A DNA stretch of 64,000 bases from Candidatus Anstonella stagnisolia (GCA_902384585.1 CABMCJ010000001.1:671-64670); one strand, 5' to 3'. Positions 16,173-25,067 are shown, numbered from the stretch's first letter. The notes: a model not told the origin generated them from the sequence alone. Numbers and translations: made by a program.

Positions 16173-17495
16173 CTAAGCAACTGCTTTTTCTATTGCATCC
16201 TGCGCAGCCTTGCAAACTTCTTCAAGCCTCTTCTGCGTTTTGCATTCGCACGTGAGGCGCATAATCGGTTCAGTCCCAGAAGGGCGCACAAGGAGCCATC
16301 CATCTTCAAAATCAATGCGCAACCCGTCCATTCCGCTTTTCTTCCCAGAAATTTTATGCAATCCGGCTTTTATCTTTTCCAAAGCCCGCGCCTTTTCCTT
16401 GTTCTCACATGCAAATTTCTTCCTTGCAATCGGGTAACTTTTTACCTGCGCAGCAAGCGCGGACAACTTTCCCTTCTCGCACAAAATTTGCAGGAAATAA
16501 AGCGCGGCCAAAGGCCCGTCCGGGCAGGGCAGCCCATCCGAAAATACGTATTCCCCGCACGGCTCCCCGCCGAAAACCGCGTTTTTCTCCCCCACTAATT
16601 GCGCAACGTGCAGGCTTCCAACCGGCGTAATTTCAAGCGTGCTGCCATTCTGCTGCACAATTTCGCGCAAGGAAAGCGAACTCTCAACAGTGCTGATTAT
16701 TTTCCCCTTTTTCTTTTCAAGCATGTATTTCACAATTACTCCAAGCTGCGCATCAAGCCCAAGGAGCTTCCCGTTCTCATCAACAATAATCGCCCTGTCC
16801 GCATCCCCGTCGTGCGCAATCCCAATGTCCGCTTTTTTTTCCTTCACAATTTTGCAAAGCTCCTTCAAGTTCTCCTCGTTTGGCTCAAGCCCGCGCCCAG
16901 GCATTCCGGAAGGTTCGCAAAATAGCTCCACAACTTCGCATCCCGCATCGCGCAGCAATTTTGGCATAAACCCGCTTGCAGCTGCATTGCCGCAGTCCAC
17001 AACAACTTTAGGTTTTCGTTCCCGTATCCCATCCACGGCGACCTTTGAAAGCAAAAATTTTGAATAAGTGGAAAGCACTTCCATCTTTCCCGCCTGCCCT
17101 GCCTTATTCCATTCAACTCCCGCAATTCCAGCTTTCACTTTCCCCTCGATTCCCTTCTCCCACTCGCGCGGAAATTCCCTGCCTTCAAAAAACAATTTTA
17201 TCCCGTTGTACTCCGGAGGGTTGTGCGAGGCGGTTACCATCGCGCCTATGCATTTTTCCTTCATGCACGCAAAAGAGAGTGCAGGCGTTGGCACTATCCC
17301 GATATCAATAACGTCCGCGCCCGCATGCATTGCGCCTGCCATAAAAGAAAAAGCCAGCATCTGCCCGCTTGTGCGGCAGTCCCTTCCCACAATTATTTTT
17401 TTGCCCATTGCCCCTGCCGCGTTGCCTATTTTCATTGCAAGCGCACAGCTGACCTCTTCATTCACGATTCCCCGCACTCCCGATGTGCCGAACAT
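16173..17495 (-). CDS. glmM: Phosphoglucosamine mutase / phosphohexomutase
   Basis: MFGTSGVRGIVNEE, active-site TASHNPPEYNGIK, and metal-binding site GIAHDGDADR. Confidence 0.9.
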   Translation of the reverse strand: MFGTSGVRGIVNEEVSCALAMKIGNAAGAMGKKIIVGRDCRTSGQMLAFSFMAGAMHAGADVIDIGIVPTPALSFACMKEKCIGAMVTASHNPPEYNGIKLFFEGREFPREWEKGIEGKVKAGIAGVEWNKAGQAGKMEVLSTYSKFLLSKVAVDGIRERKPKVVVDCGNAAASGFMPKLLRDAGCEVVELFCEPSGMPGRGLEPNEENLKELCKIVKEKKADIGIAHDGDADRAIIVDENGKLLGLDAQLGVIVKYMLEKKKGKIISTVESSLSLREIVQQNGSTLEITPVGSLHVAQLVGEKNAVFGGEPCGEYVFSDGLPCPDGPLAALYFLQILCEKGKLSALAAQVKSYPIARKKFACENKEKARALEKIKAGLHKISGKKSGMDGLRIDFEDGWLLVRPSGTEPIMRLTCECKTQKRLEEVCKAAQDAIEKAVA

Positions 17496-17714
17496 GTCCT
17501 GGATTTCACAGTAAGCGTTAAAAAACCCATTCGCGTAAATCCCCGTATGAGCGTTGACCGATTAAGCGTTGCCTCGCCGCAAAGTTCAGCAGGCATTCTT
17601 GGGATAAGCCCAACCACAAACATGCACGGCTTCAAGATAGACCCCAAAGTGGCGGTCGTGTTCTTTGCCATCTTCATAGTGCTTGTGAAAATCGTGGACA
17701 TTCTCCTAAAATAG

Positions 17715-18851
17715 TTACAGCCTTCTTATTTCCCTTTCCGCGATTTTCCCGACTTTTTTCACGTCCTTTTTTTCAGAGCACACAATAAGCTTCATGCGCG
17801 CCCTGTGCGCATGCGTTAGCGACCTCACAAGCGCGCTCGCCTCCCCGATGGGCACGCTCCTTTTTCCCAAAAGCACCCTTATGGACGCCTCGCGCGCCTC
17901 CTGCGGTGGCACGTCCACAAGCACGCTGCATCCGCATTCCTGCGAAAGCACGGATTGCAGCCTTCCGCTTTTTGCAGCCAAAAGCGCTTCTTTGCCAAGC
18001 TCCCCCATCGGGACCGAATGCGCCCTCTTGTAAAGCCTCCTTGCATACAAGTCCCGCGCAAGCGTGCTTTTGTTTTCCACAAGGTGCGCAAGCAGCTGCC
18101 CATCGTCCATCTCAAGCAGCCCGTCTTCGGATATCCTGCCCTCCCCTATTTCCTCGGAGAGCGCCTGCTGCAGCATCCTGGAAGCAATCCTCACGGTATG
18201 GTGCAAATACACTGCCGCGAACATCATGAACCTCCCGACAAGAAGCGATTCGGCAGCCTCAAGCCCGCCGTGCCCAACTACGAATCTCTTTTTCTCAAGC
18301 GCGCACGTGTTGCAAATCCTCTGCGAATCTATCACGCCGTACGCAACGCCCGTATAATGTGAATCGCGCAGCAAATAGTCCATCCTGTCCGCCCCGATGT
18401 CCGAGCACACAACCTGCCCCATCCCCTTCCCCACAATGAGCTGCGCAATTTTTTTCGCAGAGAAATTCTCACCTAAAATGTCTGCAATCTCCCCCTTCAA
18501 AATCCTCCTCTGCCCTACCTGCTCGTGCGTGCCGAGGATTTCCCTTGTTACAACTTCCGCCTCGTGCGAGAATGCAACATGCCCCACGTCGTGCAGGAGC
18601 GCGGCAAGCCTAATCTGCGCAGCCTCGTCCTCGTCAAGCCCCAAATTCCTGCACATCTCCCCTGCAATGAAAAGCGTGCCTACAGAATGCTCAAAGCGGG
18701 TGTGGTTTGCCCCCGGATACACCAAATTCGCCATTGCAAGCTGGCGGATGTTGCGCAGCCTTTGCATAGGGGCGCTGTCCAGGACTTTTGCCTCAATGGA
18801 ATTCAGCCTCACGCTCCCGTGCACCGGATCCTTGATTACTATATTGTACAT
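17715..18851 (-). CDS. HD-domain phosphohydrolase (dNTP triphosphohydrolase-like)
   Basis: VIKDPVHGSVRL...QRLRNIRQL...HTRFEHSVGT...LLHDVGHVAFSH. Confidence 0.8.
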   Translation of the reverse strand: MYNIVIKDPVHGSVRLNSIEAKVLDSAPMQRLRNIRQLAMANLVYPGANHTRFEHSVGTLFIAGEMCRNLGLDEDEAAQIRLAALLHDVGHVAFSHEAEVVTREILGTHEQVGQRRILKGEIADILGENFSAKKIAQLIVGKGMGQVVCSDIGADRMDYLLRDSHYTGVAYGVIDSQRICNTCALEKKRFVVGHGGLEAAESLLVGRFMMFAAVYLHHTVRIASRMLQQALSEEIGEGRISEDGLLEMDDGQLLAHLVENKSTLARDLYARRLYKRAHSVPMGELGKEALLAAKSGRLQSVLSQECGCSVLVDVPPQEAREASIRVLLGKRSVPIGEASALVRSLTHAHRARMKLIVCSEKKDVKKVGKIAEREIRRL

Positions 18852-18867
18852 ATCCAGTCTCCTCTAC

Positions 18868-18945
18868 GCTCTCTCAAACAACCCTTTTGCTCGCTCCAGA
18901 TGGGCACGCTCGCAAAAGCGTTGACGGAAATTATGCTCTCTCAAA
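18868..18945 (+). mobile_element. Free-standing 56-nt copy of the tRNA-intron module (18879..18934) flanked by 11-bp direct repeats GCTCTCTCAAA
   Basis: CAACCCTTTTGCTCGCTCCAGATGGGCACGCTCGCAAAAGCGTTGACGGAAAT aligns almost base for base with the 5' parts of the tRNA-Glu and tRNA-Ser introns. Direct repeats lie at 18868-18878 and 18935-18945. Confidence 0.5.
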
Positions 18946-19608
18946 TACTCCCCTTCTTTTTTCTATTGCATCCCCTTTTTCGCACATGAGGTGCAGGACA
19001 ACCGTTGCGGCATCCAGCCCCAGTTTTGTTTCCCCTGCAACTTCCGAAACGCTCTTTGGCTTTGAAAGCGCACCTTCAGCCTTCTGCACGTTTTCCGAAT
19101 AGAATTTCCTTGTCGCAAGGTAATATCTCCTGTCAAATGCCCGCACCCCGAGCACGTCCCCGCTTGCAATTCTTGGTTGCAATACGCTCGCAACAAGGCG
19201 AGCCTGCAATTCGTTTTCAACAGTGCAAAAGCCGTTCTTCTCAAGTTCCGCAATAATCGGGATGTTCGGTACCTGCAAACTTTGAAAATTTGCATTCGAC
19301 CCCGCATTTTCCGCAGCCCGCATTTTTTCTTCCATTGGCACCTGCATTTTTCCATAACCCGCGGTCTTTCCCGCTTCAATTTTTGTAGCCTTCTGGAACG
19401 CATTCGTAGCTATGCTGTACACCCCTGTTTTCGCGTATTTTTTCCCGTAAAAAACGTTCACAAGCTTTTTCTTTATGAGGTTTGCAAGAATCGAAAGCTC
19501 GCCTGGCGTAAGCAACCTGTCCACTTTTTCCGGCGTCCTTTCCTCGAATTTTATTGCGGAAAGCTTTTTGAGGAGCGCGTTTTCTTCCGACACAAATTCC
19601 TGCTGCAA
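18931..19608 (-). CDS. Hypothetical protein (225 aa, TTG start as drawn)
   Basis: ORF track only; I see no recognisable motif. It is in frame with the upstream AbrB-like ORF across a single TAA. Confidence 0.5.
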   Translation of the reverse strand: MQQEFVSEENALLKKLSAIKFEERTPEKVDRLLTPGELSILANLIKKKLVNVFYGKKYAKTGVYSIATNAFQKATKIEAGKTAGYGKMQVPMEEKMRAAENAGSNANFQSLQVPNIPIIAELEKNGFCTVENELQARLVASVLQPRIASGDVLGVRAFDRRYYLATRKFYSENVQKAEGALSKPKSVSEVAGETKLGLDAATVVLHLMCEKGDAIEKRRGVFERA

Positions 19609-19650
19609 TCCGCGCTTTCCTTGTGCAAAAACCTGCGCACTTGCCCCGCT

Positions 19651-19782
19651 TTACTTTTGCGCAACAATAATGCACGCGCCGCTAACGCTCTCGAAAAGTT
19701 CCGCTTCCCCTTCCGCAAGCCCTGCCTCTGATGGCACCTCAATTGAAAACCCGTTTTGCGTCCTTGCAACTTTGCATTTCAT
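19651..19782 (-). CDS. Small AbrB/SpoVT-like swapped-hairpin domain protein (43 aa)
   Basis: MKCKVARTQNGFSIEVPSEAGLAEGEAELFESVSGACIIVAQK matches the AbrB-type pattern (V.r..g..i.iP.e.gl.eGe.el.....g..ii). Taken from ORF 19651..19833. Confidence 0.4.
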   Translation of the reverse strand: MKCKVARTQNGFSIEVPSEAGLAEGEAELFESVSGACIIVAQK

Positions 19783-19836
19783 AAAACCAATTCCCGTTTC
19801 CCAACCCTGTTTTCCCATCCTCTCGTTTTGCATTCA

Positions 19837-20481
19837 TCAACTTTCTTTCATAACTTTCCCGTTTGGCTTCTCCTCGGAAAATATGTGCGTTTGGAATTTG
19901 TAAACCTTCACATCCTGTGCAAGCCAGCAGTCCGCATCCGCCCCTGCCTTGCCGCACAGTTCGCACAGGTATTCCTCAACGTTCCACTTCTGCTCAACCG
20001 GCACCTGCGGGAGAAAAACGCCCCTATAATGCCCTGCCTCAAGCACAAGCCCGTCTTTCCCAATCTCTATTTTCTTCAAATACTCCTTCGGGCTTTTCAC
20101 TTCAATAATCTCAGGGAGCGTAAGCACGCTCACTTCAACAACGGTATTCGAAAGCTCGCTTTTTTCAAGCGGCATAAACCTCGAATCCCCAAACGCAGAG
20201 TGCAGCGCGCACTCGCGCACGGTTTTTTCAAGTGGCATAATTGGCTCAATATACCCTATGCAGCCGCGCAGCTCCCTTGGCTTGAAAGCGTGCAATGTGA
20301 CAAACGCGCCCATGTTTTTTTGCAGCAGCGAATCTTCGGGCTTTTTTGGGGGCGCAACTTTCTCCCCCAGCCTCTCTTCTATCTGCCACCTTGCAAGGCG
20401 AACCAGATACTCGCCGGTTTTGCCTGAAAAAGCCCCTCCCACAAGCCCACTTTCCAAGAGGAATTTTATAATGTTGCGCAT
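19837..20481 (-). CDS. AMMECR1-domain protein
   Basis: LRGCIGYIEPIMPLEKTVRECALHSAFGDSRFMPL...GVFLPQV. The start is placed at MRNIIKF (20481). Confidence 0.85.
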   Translation of the reverse strand: MRNIIKFLLESGLVGGAFSGKTGEYLVRLARWQIEERLGEKVAPPKKPEDSLLQKNMGAFVTLHAFKPRELRGCIGYIEPIMPLEKTVRECALHSAFGDSRFMPLEKSELSNTVVEVSVLTLPEIIEVKSPKEYLKKIEIGKDGLVLEAGHYRGVFLPQVPVEQKWNVEEYLCELCGKAGADADCWLAQDVKVYKFQTHIFSEEKPNGKVMKES

Positions 20482-20494
20482 CCAAACTCCCAAT

Positions 20495-21016
20495 ATGGAT
20501 TTCGTTGATCGTATAATGGCCGTAAAAAAGCCCGCAATAAACCTCATGAACGATTTGCTTTTCTCCTACACTCTCGTAGGGAGGGATTTCGGCTATGAGC
20601 CGCTCAAGGGGGAATGCATGCTCCTTCTCCACAAGCACGAGGGCACGGCGGCATTTGAAATCCAGTTCGGAAACCGCGCGGAATACATAAACAGCATGAG
20701 AAAGCTGCTCAACAACAAGGCTGACATCTGCTTTTTCGTTACAAGCGCGCGTGCGCACACAATGCGCTTGGAGGATGCGCGCTTTTTGCTCCTGAAGAAT
20801 TTCAACATCGGCAAGCAGAAATTCGTGCTCATAGACATAGAGACAAACCGTGCGCTAAAAGTGAATTTCGAGTGGGACAAATTCGCCTCAGGAATGGAGG
20901 GCAAGCAGCAGCAAAAGCAGGACACCCCGCTTTTCCGCGCACCCCAGCCGCAAAGGCAAAAGGGCAGGCACAAGCAGATTTTCGGCTACCGCGGCGAGCA
21001 CAAGGAACAGGATTAA
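20495..21016 (+). CDS. Hypothetical protein with basic/Q-rich tail
   Basis: From ORF 20258..21016. The first ~79 codons are antisense to AMMECR1, so the start is moved to MDFVDRIMAV (20495; 20516 is also possible). Confidence 0.45.
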   Translation: MDFVDRIMAVKKPAINLMNDLLFSYTLVGRDFGYEPLKGECMLLLHKHEGTAAFEIQFGNRAEYINSMRKLLNNKADICFFVTSARAHTMRLEDARFLLLKNFNIGKQKFVLIDIETNRALKVNFEWDKFASGMEGKQQQKQDTPLFRAPQPQRQKGRHKQIFGYRGEHKEQD

Positions 21017-21034
21017 GCAGGGAGCAGTGATTGC

Positions 21035-21451
21035 ATGGCAACAATTTCCAACATTGGCGAACTGCTGAAAAAAATGCAGCCAGAGCTGCGCGACGGGAAA
21101 TTTTACTTCTGCTCAGTCGAGCCTTCCCAGCTCATGTCCCTTGCAAGCCTTCTGGACTGCGTCCTGTGCATACAGAGGGAAAAAGAGGGGCTGAGCGTGG
21201 TATTCTCGGAAGATGCAAAAGAGAGCATGGAAACAATCTGCAGCAAAAAAATAATCGGCCCGTTTGCGCTCATCACCCTTAACGTTCATTCCGATTTGCT
21301 TGCAGTGGGCTTCCTCGCGAAAATAACTGCCGCGCTTGCAAAGGAGGGCATAAGCGCAAATGCAATGAGCGCATACCACCACGACCACCTTCTGGTGCCG
21401 TACGGGCTAAAAGGCGATGCAATGGGCGCGCTCAAGGCGCTGGGGAATTAG
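21035..21451 (+). CDS. ACT-domain-like small-molecule-binding protein
   Basis: GPFALITLNVHSDLLAVGFLAKITAALAKEGISANAMSAYHHDHLLVP resembles the ACT_7-type fold pattern. Confidence 0.5.
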   Translation: MATISNIGELLKKMQPELRDGKFYFCSVEPSQLMSLASLLDCVLCIQREKEGLSVVFSEDAKESMETICSKKIIGPFALITLNVHSDLLAVGFLAKITAALAKEGISANAMSAYHHDHLLVPYGLKGDAMGALKALGN

Positions 21452-21525
21452 CCCCGCCCACATTGCCCCATTAAATACGATAGATTTATATATGTTAGAC
21501 GGCAAAGTATAACGTGGTGGGAAGC

Positions 21526-22824
21526 ATGAAAACTATTCTAATAACCCTGGTATTCCTTTCGCTCTTCTGCGCATCTTTTGCGGCAGTGGACGTCTATTAT
21601 TCAAGCAAGGGGCTGCACATTACGCGCTCGCTTGACAACGTGAAAGTTGCAGCAATTTCAACAACTACCGACGCAGCGGCCTATTCCACAAAGGGAAACA
21701 TGGAAATAACCGTGAAAAATATCGGTACTGTTGAAAAGCGAGGCATAGTGCTTTCAGACGGGCTTTCTTACATCCCATCGGGCACGAAGGTCCTCTTTTC
21801 AAAAACCCCCTCCATTGAAGGGCAAGTTGCAACGTGGAACATCGACACCCTCGCGCCCTCGCAGGAGTACAAAATAAGCATGAACGTTTCAGGCGCAATA
21901 AGCGAGGAACTTTTCAAGCTCCTTGCCTCGCCGCAAATTTCATATTCACCCCTGGGCGCAACGCTTAGCGCACCAACAAGCGCAAAGGTGGGCGAAAGCG
22001 TGCGCCTCTCGCTTCTCTCGGAAGGCAAGCCGCTCGCAAACGCAACAATACTCGTGCTAGGCCCAGGGAACGAGCGCTTTTCGCTCCTGACTGATTCCGC
22101 AGGGCAGGCCGCATACATCGCCGGCAGCAGCGGCTTCTACACATATTCATCCGATGATGCAAACATCGCAATATTCTCAACCGAAATAAAGCCTGCAACC
22201 GCAGTGGAGGCGCCAACAGCAGGCGCGCTTCTCCCAAAGGAAAGCACACAGCCTTTTGACCTCCTTCCATTCGCGCTCGGGCTTGCAATGCTCGCGGCAG
22301 TCGCGATTGCGCTCTTCACCCTTTTCGGCTCACGCGCGCCAGATTCCGATTCTGCCTTTCCCCCCACATCAGGCTCCACGCCTCCGTCAGCTCCTTCATC
22401 CCCACAATTTGACAGGAGCGAAGAGCTTGCGGCCGGGCAGGGCTTGCAGACAAGGCCGCAGCCCTTAACCAGCATGCCTGAGGGGGGAAACTCCACTCTT
22501 CCCCTGCACGAGGAAAAGAAGATGCAGGAGGTTCTTTCGCAGGAAGCAAACGCGCAGCATGCAAAAGAGGGCACAAAATCCCTGTACGAGAAAAGGAAGC
22601 TTGAGCTTGCGCAAAAGCAGGCGGAGCTTTTGAAGAAAGCGCAGGCGCAGAAAAAAGCAATCGCAAGGGAAATGCCTTCCGCAAAGAAGCGCAGCGCCAT
22701 TCCGCCTGCATACGCATCAGGCACAGTGCGCGGCGAGTCCGCAGTAGAGGACAACTCAATAGAAAAAACAATCGCCGAACTTGAGAGGATACGCGCAAAG
22801 CTCAAGAAGAAGGGCGCAAAGTAA
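21526..22824 (+). CDS. Type I membrane protein: signal, beta-sandwich ectodomains, TM, disordered/coiled-coil cytoplasmic tail
   Basis: Signal is ILITLVFLSLFCASFAAV. TM is LLPFALGLAMLAAVAIALFTLF. K/E/A-rich tail. TATA-like ATTTATATAT lies about 40 nt upstream. Confidence 0.6.
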   Translation: MKTILITLVFLSLFCASFAAVDVYYSSKGLHITRSLDNVKVAAISTTTDAAAYSTKGNMEITVKNIGTVEKRGIVLSDGLSYIPSGTKVLFSKTPSIEGQVATWNIDTLAPSQEYKISMNVSGAISEELFKLLASPQISYSPLGATLSAPTSAKVGESVRLSLLSEGKPLANATILVLGPGNERFSLLTDSAGQAAYIAGSSGFYTYSSDDANIAIFSTEIKPATAVEAPTAGALLPKESTQPFDLLPFALGLAMLAAVAIALFTLFGSRAPDSDSAFPPTSGSTPPSAPSSPQFDRSEELAAGQGLQTRPQPLTSMPEGGNSTLPLHEEKKMQEVLSQEANAQHAKEGTKSLYEKRKLELAQKQAELLKKAQAQKKAIAREMPSAKKRSAIPPAYASGTVRGESAVEDNSIEKTIAELERIRAKLKKKGAK

Positions 22825-22871
22825 ATTCTTTTTTTCTTTTTTCTTGCCTTTATTTCCCCTAAGGTAACCTT

Positions 22872-24050
22872 ATGAATAAACAATTAGGCAGAAAAGATAG
22901 AATGCACCATGGGCGCGTGCTTGCAAAGGCAGCAAAGCACAAGCCAAAAAGCAGGTTTTGTGAAATTGCGCCTCTTGTTGGCGGGCTTGCGCTTCTTGGC
23001 TTTGCGGGCGTGTTTTATCCTGGCGCAAAGGCACATGCGCAGGAGAGCCGCAGCATTGTCCAACCACAACAAAACGCCCGGCTTATCGGGTGCATGACAA
23101 TTTCAACAGAAGCAGATGCGTTTGGTTTTGATCCCAAGACAACGCAGATTGTGTGCCAAAAATATTCCGACTTTATAAACATGATAATTTGGAACCTGCA
23201 GAGGATTGGCGTTCCCGGGCCAAAAGATTCAACGAGCACAATACAGCTTGCATTAAAAACCGCAAATCTTGTCTGGTGCGTTGCAAAACCAGCCCCACTG
23301 GCTACTGTGTTTGAAGCCTTTTATGCCTGGAACTACAATCCGGGTTCCAAATCCGACATGGAACGCGCCACGCCACCTACTGGCCTAGTGCTTGATTGCG
23401 ACCTTAGTTCGGCAGTAATAGCCGACGTTCTCCAATGCTTAGGGGTCAAATCAAGCATAGTTTTGGTAAAAGACCATGCCATACTTAAAATAATGCTGCC
23501 CAATGGCGGTTTTTTTTATATGGAAACAACGCCCCTCTCGGACAAGGGCGATACCTTCACGCTTTATTCTTCGGAGTCAGATGTCAAGGATACTTACAAG
23601 TCAATTATCTGGGAAGGCGAGCCATCCGCATCAAGCTGGTGGAATTTCGCCACTATCGCATACCGTTCTTATGCCTCAGGGCAATATGCGCGCGCAAAAT
23701 CATTCTATCTCAAGTGCCTGGGAATAATGCCGGGCGATGCCCCGGCATGGTGCGCGATTAGCAGATGCGAGATCAAGGCCGGGAACCGTGATGGCGCAAT
23801 CAACGCCGCAAGAAAAGCAGTTGAAATAGGGCCTCAAAATTACGAGTATCATCAAAATCTAGGGGTCATATATGGCGCAAGCGGCCTTTTTGCAGATGCA
23901 GAAAAAGAACTTAGGCAAGCCATAAAACTCAACCCGGATGATGGCCCGTCCTTCTATGCGCTTGGCCATGCCCTCCGCGGCCAGGGCAAAAACGCCGAAG
24001 CGGCAGTAATTTTCATGCGCGCACGCAAACTCGGATACACGGGCCAATAA
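22872..24050 (+). CDS. Membrane-anchored transglutaminase-like/TPR repeat protein
   Basis: N-terminal TM is IAPLVGGLALLGFAGVF. Central LVLDCDLSSAVIADVL...VKDHAILKI has a Cys/His pattern. The C-terminus has three or more TPR-like repeats (YARAKSFYLKCLGIMPGDAPAW..., EKELRQAIKLNPDD...). Confidence 0.55.
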   Translation: MNKQLGRKDRMHHGRVLAKAAKHKPKSRFCEIAPLVGGLALLGFAGVFYPGAKAHAQESRSIVQPQQNARLIGCMTISTEADAFGFDPKTTQIVCQKYSDFINMIIWNLQRIGVPGPKDSTSTIQLALKTANLVWCVAKPAPLATVFEAFYAWNYNPGSKSDMERATPPTGLVLDCDLSSAVIADVLQCLGVKSSIVLVKDHAILKIMLPNGGFFYMETTPLSDKGDTFTLYSSESDVKDTYKSIIWEGEPSASSWWNFATIAYRSYASGQYARAKSFYLKCLGIMPGDAPAWCAISRCEIKAGNRDGAINAARKAVEIGPQNYEYHQNLGVIYGASGLFADAEKELRQAIKLNPDDGPSFYALGHALRGQGKNAEAAVIFMRARKLGYTGQ

Positions 24051-24470
24051 TCACTGCTTTTCACATTTCTCATTGGCAGCGCATTCAACCAGCCCGCATT
24101 TCCCGTACCCGTTGCCGCAGGGGTCGCACAAAGCCTTCCCAAAGCGGCAATTGTCATACGAGCACGCAACAGTGGAGTTTGGCACGCACACTTTGGGAAG
24201 AAGCACGCACATGCTCCATTTCCCGCCTATGCAGATTTTTTCGCCCGCGCACGCATCCATTTTGCAGGGAGTTTTTGCGCCGTCAATGCATTCAGGAACC
24301 GCCGCACCGCTTTGAGAACCAGAAGCAACCGAACCGGTAACAACTGCGTTTGTTTTTTCTTTTTTTTCATAGTCCGCAGTCTTATTTGCATTAAGCGCAA
24401 AGAACGCAACCGCAAAAATAAGCGCAATCGCAACCATTGTAAAAGCAAGCATCCCATTGTCCTTTCGCAT
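24051..24470 (-). CDS. Small membrane-anchored Cys-rich exoprotein
   Basis: From ORF 24051..24554; the start is at MRKDNGMLAFTMVAIALIFAVAFFAL (24470). The ectodomain of ~80 residues has 14 Cys (CIDGAKTPCKMDACAGEKICIGGKWSMCVLLPKVCVPNSTVACSYDNCRFGKALCDPCGNGYGKCGLVECAANEKC). Confidence 0.55.
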   Translation of the reverse strand: MRKDNGMLAFTMVAIALIFAVAFFALNANKTADYEKKEKTNAVVTGSVASGSQSGAAVPECIDGAKTPCKMDACAGEKICIGGKWSMCVLLPKVCVPNSTVACSYDNCRFGKALCDPCGNGYGKCGLVECAANEKCEKQ

Positions 24471-24523
24471 GCGTTTTTTCTCGCCCTGAAAACTTAATAA
24501 GTATTCACGTGCCAATCTGCTCA

Positions 24524-25063
24524 ATGGGCGGCGAAATACTCGTTGAAATCGCAAAGCTTTTCCTCTTCATACTCCCGGCTTACTTTGCAAATTCCTCCCC
24601 CGTGCTCCTTGGCGGGGGCACCCCAATGGATTTTGGGAAAAATTTCATTGATGGAAAAAGAATTTTCGGCAATGGAAAAACGATACGCGGCTTTGTTGCA
24701 GGCGTTGCATGCGGCACCCTTGCAGGCATACTCCTCGCATACATCCTTCCCGGCACGCAGTTTGAACTGTACCCCTCGCAACTTGACTACGCGTGGGGCG
24801 GCTTCCTGCTCTCCTTAGGCACAATGCTTGGTGATTTGGCAGGCAGCTTTGCAAAAAGGCGCCTCTCAATGGGGCAGGGCAAGCCCTCGCTCGTGATGGA
24901 CCAGCTCTCATTTTTCCTTTTTGCAGTCGCGTTTTCCACGCTTGCGCACCCGCTCGTGCTCTCATGGTGGGGCGTGCTCTTCCTTGCAGTGGCGACTTAT
25001 TTTGTGCACCAGGGGGCAAACATTTTCGCAAACAAGGCAGGGCTAAAGAAAGTCCCCTGGTAA
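24524..25063 (+). CDS. carS: CDP-archaeol synthase
   Basis: LPAYFANSSPVLLGGGTPMDFGKNFIDGKRIFGNGKTIRGF...GDLAGSFAKRRL...DQL is typical of the DUF46/CarS family. Confidence 0.8.
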   Translation: MGGEILVEIAKLFLFILPAYFANSSPVLLGGGTPMDFGKNFIDGKRIFGNGKTIRGFVAGVACGTLAGILLAYILPGTQFELYPSQLDYAWGGFLLSLGTMLGDLAGSFAKRRLSMGQGKPSLVMDQLSFFLFAVAFSTLAHPLVLSWWGVLFLAVATYFVHQGANIFANKAGLKKVPW

Positions 25064-25067
25064 ATCG

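Noticed and set aside
17223-17714. ORFs 17223..17714 (+) and 17462..17701 (-) in or near the glmM upstream spacer.
   Set aside because: Both mostly overlap glmM in other frames. Only a 30-codon hydrophobic tail is unique, which is insufficient evidence for a gene.
19651-19653. Stop-codon reassignment (alternative genetic code) as the explanation for the in-frame TAA.
   Set aside because: TAA, TAG and TGA all terminate conserved ribosomal-protein genes at the expected lengths in this window (for example uL4 TAA, uL15 TAG, uL3 TGA).
20258-20494. Long N-terminal extension of ORF 20258..21016.
   Set aside because: It is antisense to the well-supported AMMECR1 gene and is low-complexity. Internal ATGs at 20495 or 20516 give a divergent, non-overlapping arrangement.
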